39,494 nucleotides of DNA, taken from IMG/VR virus record IMGVR_UViG_3300005805_000194, positions 1-39,494 of that record; one strand, given 5' to 3'. The translations under genes and the position numbers were made by a program. The notes under the pieces are model-generated. The model was not told where the DNA came from and did no database searches. It saw only the letters and a program-made list of their open reading frames with translations. This DNA is from a virus (taxonomy: Duplodnaviria > Caudoviricetes). This document shows positions 33,473 through 39,494 of this stretch, piece by piece; the first letter of the stretch is position 1, and each line of letters opens with the position of its first letter.

Positions 33473-35503
33473 ATGTCTTACATAATTAATAAATTTAACG
33501 GAACACAATTAGTAGTACTTGAAGATGGTACTATTGATACCTCCACTAGTCTCGGGCTGGTAGGTAGAAATTATGTTGGATATGGTGAAACACAAAATGA
33601 AAATTTTGTATTCTTATTAGAAAATTTTGCTAATGATGCTCCGCCTTCTAGGCCAATCGAAGGTCAATCTTGGTTTAACACTTCAAACGATCTATTACAT
33701 GTCTATGATGGTGCTAATTGGGTAGTTGTCGGATCAGCAACATTGTCAGCAACACCTCCAGAATCTCCTGCACAAGGAAGATTGTGGTTAAGATCGACAG
33801 ACAACGTTCTTAATGTATGGGACGGAGCTTCTTGGAGATTCATTGGTCCAGAAAGTGCTCCGGGATTCGGGACAACCAGATCTCGATCAACAACACTATT
33901 AGACACTTCTAATACAGCAAGACCAGTAATATTATTCACAGTTAATGATATTGTTATAGCTATCGGTTCGGCAATTCCTTTTACAATTAATCCAGGTACT
34001 CCTGTTGCAGGATTCACAGACTTGAGTGCTGGGATTACATTAAATTCTCTAACCGGTGTTAGAGGTAATTTACAAGGTATAGCAGATCGAGCACAAAGAT
34101 TAGAAGTCGCAAGAAAAATTAATGGTGTTAATTTTGATGGAACAGCAGATATATCAATCACTGCGGCTACATCAAATTCTTTGGTCGGCGGAGATTATAT
34201 ATTAGGCAGTAATTTTAATGGATCAACATCGACCACATGGGATATTGATGCATCATCAGCTAATCTTTCTGGAAAGATAGTGGCAAGAAATACAGCTGGT
34301 GGTTTTTCAGCTGGTATGATTACAGCAGACCTAACAGGTGATGTTATTGGTAACGTTACCGCGGCTTCAGGAACAAGTTCATTTAATATTGTAACCGCTA
34401 ATCAATTTGTTGGACCAGTATTAAGTGGAAACGCTTCAACAGCAACTAGATTGGCAACAGCAAGAACTATTAACGGTGTTGCATTTGATGGATCGATAAA
34501 TGTTACAGTTCCTGCTTCTGCAGAAACATTAACAGGAACTGCTATTAAAAACACAGTTCTAAATTCTAATCTAAAAACAGTTGGAGTCTTAAACAGCTTA
34601 GAAATTGCAGATGCTGGGGCAATTATTGGCGGTGGTGGACAATTAAGGTTGTTGGTTGAAACAGGTCGTCCTACCTTAAGATCATCAACAGGATCTTTAA
34701 ATTTTGACATGGGGGCTTCCGGACCTGACGTTAGTTTTATAGATTCAGCAACATCAGTAGCATGGGGAGGTCCTTTAGCACCAGCAATAGTCGGTGACAA
34801 TCTAACGAATTTAGGTATTACAGGATACAAGTTTGATAATGTTTATGCTAATAGATTTAGAGGATTAGCAGATACTGCAACAGCATCAGTTACATCAACT
34901 AATATAGCAGGCGGTAGTCCTGGATCTGTTCCTTATCAATCTGCATCGAGTACAACAGCGTTATTAGCACCAGGAACACCAGGACAGGTTATTAAAGCAA
35001 CAGGATCAGGAACACTATCTTGGTTAGACACTGCAATAACACCAACAGCAAATACTTTAGCTTTAAGAGATGCTAGCGGTAATTTAAGTGCCAACTACTT
35101 TGTTGGTGTTGCTACAGCGGCACAATACGCCGACTTAGCAGAATATTATACTTCTGATCAAGAATATGAAGAAGGAACGGTTTTAATTTTTGGCGGTGAT
35201 GCAGAGGTAACTACAACAACAACATTTGAAGATCAACGTGTAGCAGGAGTGGTAACAACTAATCCAGCTTATGTTATGAATAGCGATCTAAAAGGTACTA
35301 GAGCTTGTGTAGCATTACAGGGTAGAGTACCTGTAAAAGTTTTAGGTATGATAAGAAAAGGTGGGTTATTAACTACTTCTAATACACCAGGATATGCTAT
35401 TTCAACACTAAATCCAAAAATTGGTACAATTATAGGTAAAGCATTAGAAAGTAAAGACACAGCAGGCGAAGGAATCATTGAAGTGGCTGTGGGCAGAATG
35501 TAA
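33473..35503 (+). CDS. Tail fibre-like protein with C-terminal autocleaving chaperone (Peptidase G2/IMC-like), paralogue 3
   Basis: Same N-terminal module; two AR.INGV.FDG fibre repeats; C-terminal YADLAEYY...GVVTTNPAYVMN...VALQGRVPVKV. Confidence 0.8.
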   Translation: MSYIINKFNGTQLVVLEDGTIDTSTSLGLVGRNYVGYGETQNENFVFLLENFANDAPPSRPIEGQSWFNTSNDLLHVYDGANWVVVGSATLSATPPESPAQGRLWLRSTDNVLNVWDGASWRFIGPESAPGFGTTRSRSTTLLDTSNTARPVILFTVNDIVIAIGSAIPFTINPGTPVAGFTDLSAGITLNSLTGVRGNLQGIADRAQRLEVARKINGVNFDGTADISITAATSNSLVGGDYILGSNFNGSTSTTWDIDASSANLSGKIVARNTAGGFSAGMITADLTGDVIGNVTAASGTSSFNIVTANQFVGPVLSGNASTATRLATARTINGVAFDGSINVTVPASAETLTGTAIKNTVLNSNLKTVGVLNSLEIADAGAIIGGGGQLRLLVETGRPTLRSSTGSLNFDMGASGPDVSFIDSATSVAWGGPLAPAIVGDNLTNLGITGYKFDNVYANRFRGLADTATASVTSTNIAGGSPGSVPYQSASSTTALLAPGTPGQVIKATGSGTLSWLDTAITPTANTLALRDASGNLSANYFVGVATAAQYADLAEYYTSDQEYEEGTVLIFGGDAEVTTTTTFEDQRVAGVVTTNPAYVMNSDLKGTRACVALQGRVPVKVLGMIRKGGLLTTSNTPGYAISTLNPKIGTIIGKALESKDTAGEGIIEVAVGRM

Positions 35504-35517
35504 CGAATAAGTTATGC

Positions 35518-35525
35518 GATAAATA
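35518..35525 (+). promoter_or_regulatory. Late promoter GATAAATA
   Basis: Intergenic TAAATA at 35520-35525, upstream of an AGGA RBS and ATG 35552. Confidence 0.7.
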
Positions 35526-35551
35526 ACATTATATTTTAGGATCTAGCAGAA

Positions 35552-37315
35552 ATGGCATATCAAGTAGACAAGTTTAACGGAACGTTTTTAACTTCAGTAG
35601 AAGACGGAACCATTGATACAACCACCGATCTACGTCTTGTAGGTAAAAACTATGCAGGATACGGTGAAGTACAAAATGAAAATTTTGTACATTTAATGGA
35701 AAATTTCTCTAATACAACTCCTCCACCAAAAGTTGTTATTGGTCAAATTTGGTATGACAGTGCTACTAAAAAATTAAAATTTTATGATGGTGCTAAATTT
35801 AGATTAGCAGGCGGAGCAGAAGTTTCAACTTCGGCACCTACTGGATTACAGATCGGTGAATTTTGGTGGGACAGTTCTGCTAAACAACTTTATGCTTACA
35901 CAGGAACAGAATATGTTCTAGTTGGTCCAGAAGCAAGTCCAGATCTTGGACAATCTGCTGTACAAACTCAAGTGGTTAAAAACACCACAAACGATAATTA
36001 TACTATTGTTAAGATTATAGCAGGCGGTAAAGTAGTAGCTATTATTAGTAAAGATGAATTTACACTAAACAGTTCTGTAAATCCTATCGCAGATTTCACA
36101 GTAATCAAAAAAGGTATTACATTAGCTAAAACAAATTCATCGGGAGTTAGCACCGATAATTATCGCCATTGGGGTACAGCCAGCGACTCAGATAGATTAG
36201 GTGGATTTCCTGCAAGTACGTATCTAAGATCTACAAGTGGAGTATTTGAAAATCAAGTTAGATTTTTAGACAATGGATTTGAACTAGGAGGTACTACAGT
36301 TACTGATGCAGCAGATTTCCGCATCTGGATTGAAAACAGTGATGAACTTATCATTGAAAATAGATTAGGTAATGAAATTACAGTTAGAATTAATGTAACT
36401 GATACCACAGACGAAAGAGATGTTGCGATATTTGGACCAAATGGTGTTGCTCCGGGAGATGATAATGCCTATGATTTAGGTACATCATTATCAAGATGGA
36501 AAAATATATATTCGGCCACAGTTACAGCAAATTCACTAGTTGGTAATCTAACAGGTAATAGCACCGGTTCACACATTGGTAATTTATTAGCCACTGATGG
36601 TACTACAGTTCTTATTAATGCTACTACTAAATTGATTGGATATTCTGGAGCAACATTACGAGGAACACTGATTGGTGCAGTGCAAGGGTCTTGTATCGGT
36701 ACTGCGGATAATGCAACAACACTAGCATTCTTAACACCATCAACAACAGGTCCTTGGTCAACAGCAAGTATTCCAATTAGAGATGCAACTGGTGAGATCT
36801 ATGCTACTAAATTTAAAGGTGCAGCAGATCAAGCAGATCAATTACTAGTTGGTGCTTCTTACAGATCAGCATCAGAATCAGATACTGGAAATACAATAGC
36901 AGCTAGAAATGCTTTAGGTGATATCTATGCTAGATACTTCCAAGGTACAGCTACTTCAGCACAATACGCCGACTTGGCAGAAAAATATCTAGCTGATCAA
37001 GAATATGAAATCGGTACAGTAGTTGTAGTTGGCGGCGAAAAAGAAGTCACAGCTAGTTCATGGGGACAACGTGCTATTGGTGTGGTAAGTGCTAATCCGG
37101 CATACATGATGAACAGTGAGTTAGAAGGCGGTACTTATATCGCTCTAAAAGGTCGTGTACCTTGCAAAATTGTTGGCGCTGTTAAAAAGGGTGATAGATT
37201 AATTGCAGGAAATGATGGAGCAGCCATGGTTGGAAACGTAAATTCGAATGACGTTTTTGCTATCGCACTTGAAGATAACAACCAATCTAATATTATTGAA
37301 GTATTGGTTCTATAA
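35552..37315 (+). CDS. Tail fibre-like protein with C-terminal autocleaving chaperone, paralogue 4
   Basis: Same N-terminal module; YDLGTSLSRWKNIY motif; C-terminal YADLAEKY...GVVSANPAYMMN...IALKGRVPCKI. Confidence 0.8.
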   Translation: MAYQVDKFNGTFLTSVEDGTIDTTTDLRLVGKNYAGYGEVQNENFVHLMENFSNTTPPPKVVIGQIWYDSATKKLKFYDGAKFRLAGGAEVSTSAPTGLQIGEFWWDSSAKQLYAYTGTEYVLVGPEASPDLGQSAVQTQVVKNTTNDNYTIVKIIAGGKVVAIISKDEFTLNSSVNPIADFTVIKKGITLAKTNSSGVSTDNYRHWGTASDSDRLGGFPASTYLRSTSGVFENQVRFLDNGFELGGTTVTDAADFRIWIENSDELIIENRLGNEITVRINVTDTTDERDVAIFGPNGVAPGDDNAYDLGTSLSRWKNIYSATVTANSLVGNLTGNSTGSHIGNLLATDGTTVLINATTKLIGYSGATLRGTLIGAVQGSCIGTADNATTLAFLTPSTTGPWSTASIPIRDATGEIYATKFKGAADQADQLLVGASYRSASESDTGNTIAARNALGDIYARYFQGTATSAQYADLAEKYLADQEYEIGTVVVVGGEKEVTASSWGQRAIGVVSANPAYMMNSELEGGTYIALKGRVPCKIVGAVKKGDRLIAGNDGAAMVGNVNSNDVFAIALEDNNQSNIIEVLVL

Positions 37316-37324
37316 GGATAAGAC

Positions 37325-39385
37325 ATGGGAAATCCTGTAACCAAATTAGTAAACTACAGCACAAATCTTTATTCAGAAGCAACAAATGACACACTAATAG
37401 CGTGGATGGATGGTGTTAATTTTTCACCCGCCACTATCGATCCTATAGAAAAACAATCAATCAAAGATTCAGTTACCTATACATCTTTATCTGGAATACT
37501 ATCCCCAACACAGATAACCAATATACAGGCTGCAATTGAATCTACATTAGACACGTTTGTTACCAATTGGAATGCTAATAATGCTACCTATCTTGGATTT
37601 AGTACCTGGATTAAAGATGGTGCAACAGAAGTCCTTGGAAACTTTACAACTATTGTATCTGGCGGTAATATCTATACAAGAACTAGCGCCAAAGGAACGG
37701 CGTTATATAAACCAGTATATACGATAGACGAACGTGCATCTATCGTATCAACTTATACGTCTAATATTGCATATACTAGTTTGACCACAGTACAGAAATC
37801 TGCTGTAGATCCAAAGATTAATACAGTCGTTGATGCGTTAATAACATTAATTACAGCTTTTAGTTTCACAGCTAATTTATATGATTACGCAATTTCTCAA
37901 ATAGCAGCTCCAGTATCAGCACCTGCAAGTGAAGTTGGTATTACTGGTTTTAAAGCAAATTGGGCATCTGTAGCTGGAGCAACTAGTTATGATGTTCATT
38001 TAGCACCAAATATAAGTTTTTCATCTTCAGTGACCATTGTCAACACAAACTTTTTAAACTATGTATTCACCGGATTATCAGCAGCTACTCCGTATTACTA
38101 CAAAGTAGTAGCTAAAAATGCTTTAAACACCAGTTTATTTTCTGAAATTAGAGGATTAACAACTCTATCATATCCAACACTGATAGCACCAGTCGCAACA
38201 TCAGCGACAAATGTTAAAGGTGTAGAACTTACAGCAAATTGGGGAGCAGTAACTGGTGCTACTTCATATACAGTATCAATTGATAGTAATCCTGCATTCA
38301 CAGCACCAATAACATATTCAACCACTAATCTTTACAAAGTCATAGGCGGATTAAGTCCCACCACTACATACTATTACAGAGTAGTAGCTACTAACCCTGC
38401 AAATACAAGTCCGGTTTCAAACACTATAACAACCACAACTACAGTATCTACAGCAGGAGTTGGTCAACAGATTAGTTATACTCACTATGCTGATATAAGA
38501 AATAAAGTAATACAAATTTTAGGTCCAGGTTCTGGTCAATCGGGGTATGGTCAAACAGTAACAGCACCATCAGTTGGTTCAGGTACGATCATAAGAAAAG
38601 TAGATTGGGATGCTCTTAGAGAAGATATCAGAAATATTAAAACTCATCAGGATGGATTGTTTAACGCGATTAAATTAGTAACAGCTAAACAGGTTATTGA
38701 ATACGGATCAGACCAACCAGTTAGTGAATACGAAACAATTATAGATCAGGCAGTTCTTGACAAATTTTCTATGGATCCTGGAGAAGCTGAAGTTAATCCA
38801 GGAGTAACTACAACAAGAACAGGTAGCTGGACATTACAATCACAATGTGAAATAGAAGTTGTATTCTCTGGGTATACTAAACTTGATTTAACGGTGGTTT
38901 CTCCAGCAGATCATGCTAGATATTTCTTCAATAGTGGTGGTAAGATAAGATTCTTTAGTGAAAGAACTGGTGGTACAACATCAGGACAAAACACATCTTG
39001 GACTAGCTTATTGAGCAGCGTTGGCACAGTTGAATTTGGTGCGAATATTCCTGTAATTGAAAATTTTTATACTCTAACTAATGCGTATCAAACGATTTAT
39101 CAATTAGGATCAACACCTTATTATTCATCAAACTATTTTAAAATAGAAGCTAAAAATTTAGAAGTCGCTGATAATTCATCAGGCGGAGCATCAACATTAC
39201 GTTTCCTTATTACCTGGCAAGATGATTATACTGATGGTGGTCCTCCTCCTCCTGGAGATAGCATTGACGGAACACTTTCTTTAGCGGTTACGGAATATAA
39301 AGCAGCAGATAACACAGGTACAGGAACATTTAAAATTGAGAGTCCGACAACATACAATCTCATATCTGCTATCTCTGCGACCTAA
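37325..39385 (+). CDS. Virion structural protein with two fibronectin type III domains
   Basis: Two APV....ANW..V.GATSY.V...GLS..T.YYY.VVA.N....S..S repeats (about 37901-38164 and 38180-38440); C-terminal ARYFFNSGGKIRF domain. Confidence 0.8.
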   Translation: MGNPVTKLVNYSTNLYSEATNDTLIAWMDGVNFSPATIDPIEKQSIKDSVTYTSLSGILSPTQITNIQAAIESTLDTFVTNWNANNATYLGFSTWIKDGATEVLGNFTTIVSGGNIYTRTSAKGTALYKPVYTIDERASIVSTYTSNIAYTSLTTVQKSAVDPKINTVVDALITLITAFSFTANLYDYAISQIAAPVSAPASEVGITGFKANWASVAGATSYDVHLAPNISFSSSVTIVNTNFLNYVFTGLSAATPYYYKVVAKNALNTSLFSEIRGLTTLSYPTLIAPVATSATNVKGVELTANWGAVTGATSYTVSIDSNPAFTAPITYSTTNLYKVIGGLSPTTTYYYRVVATNPANTSPVSNTITTTTTVSTAGVGQQISYTHYADIRNKVIQILGPGSGQSGYGQTVTAPSVGSGTIIRKVDWDALREDIRNIKTHQDGLFNAIKLVTAKQVIEYGSDQPVSEYETIIDQAVLDKFSMDPGEAEVNPGVTTTRTGSWTLQSQCEIEVVFSGYTKLDLTVVSPADHARYFFNSGGKIRFFSERTGGTTSGQNTSWTSLLSSVGTVEFGANIPVIENFYTLTNAYQTIYQLGSTPYYSSNYFKIEAKNLEVADNSSGGASTLRFLITWQDDYTDGGPPPPGDSIDGTLSLAVTEYKAADNTGTGTFKIESPTTYNLISAISAT

Positions 39386-39391
39386 AAGTTT

Positions 39392-39397
39392 TAAATA
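39392..39397 (+). promoter_or_regulatory. Late promoter core TAAATA
   Basis: Intergenic, 26 nt upstream of ATG 39424. Confidence 0.55.
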
Positions 39398-39423
39398 TAC
39401 AACTTAATAAGATTTAAAAACCA

Positions 39424-39494
39424 ATGGCTAGAGAAACCCAAACATTTACAGCTGACACAACTTGGACAGTTCCACAAGGAGCATCTCTGCTAAC
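39424..39494 (+). CDS. Start of a probable glycine-rich-domain virion protein (truncated)
   Basis: MARETQTFTADTTWTVPQGASLL is open to the window edge; FT...TWTVP.G is a typical opening of phage glycine-rich domains. Confidence 0.55.
   Translation, partial: MARETQTFTADTTWTVPQGASLL

Noticed and set aside
35120-37009. Diversity-generating retroelement TR/VR pair
   Set aside because: Both copies are coding, mismatches are not confined to adenines of one copy, and there is no reverse transcriptase in the window.
1369-38325. About 30 short ORFs in the track that are antisense to, or nested in, long genes (e.g. 2556-2894, 5461-5808, 9693-10097, 23641-24120, 33703-34161)
   Set aside because: They lie within or overlap well-supported genes, show no recognisable motifs, and are the expected shadow ORFs of biased codon usage.

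Overview
AT-rich fragment of a large (probably jumbo) T4-superfamily myophage genome, with no tRNA, rRNA, CRISPR or IS element seen. The left arm (minus strand) holds gp55 late sigma, gp47/gp46 (Mre11/Rad50-like), an Hc1-like basic protein and a stand-alone GIY-YIG nuclease. These are followed by about 490 nt of non-coding DNA and a truncated head-type protein gene with a capsid-targeting-like N-terminus. The right arm (plus strand, divergent) is a late baseplate/fibre cluster: tube-initiator-like protein, gp53, hub, gp5 spike, gp25, gp6, a 4641-aa wedge/adhesin, four paralogous fibre proteins and an FN3 virion protein. TAAATA late-promoter motifs punctuate it. The best candidate for an undescribed system is the GIY-YIG gene followed directly by a densely base-paired minus-strand segment (about 600-940, likely a large ncRNA), then an AGATAAT repeat triplet and GCGAAGC mini-hairpins (450-650). 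All family assignments come from motif recognition by eye; no searches were run.
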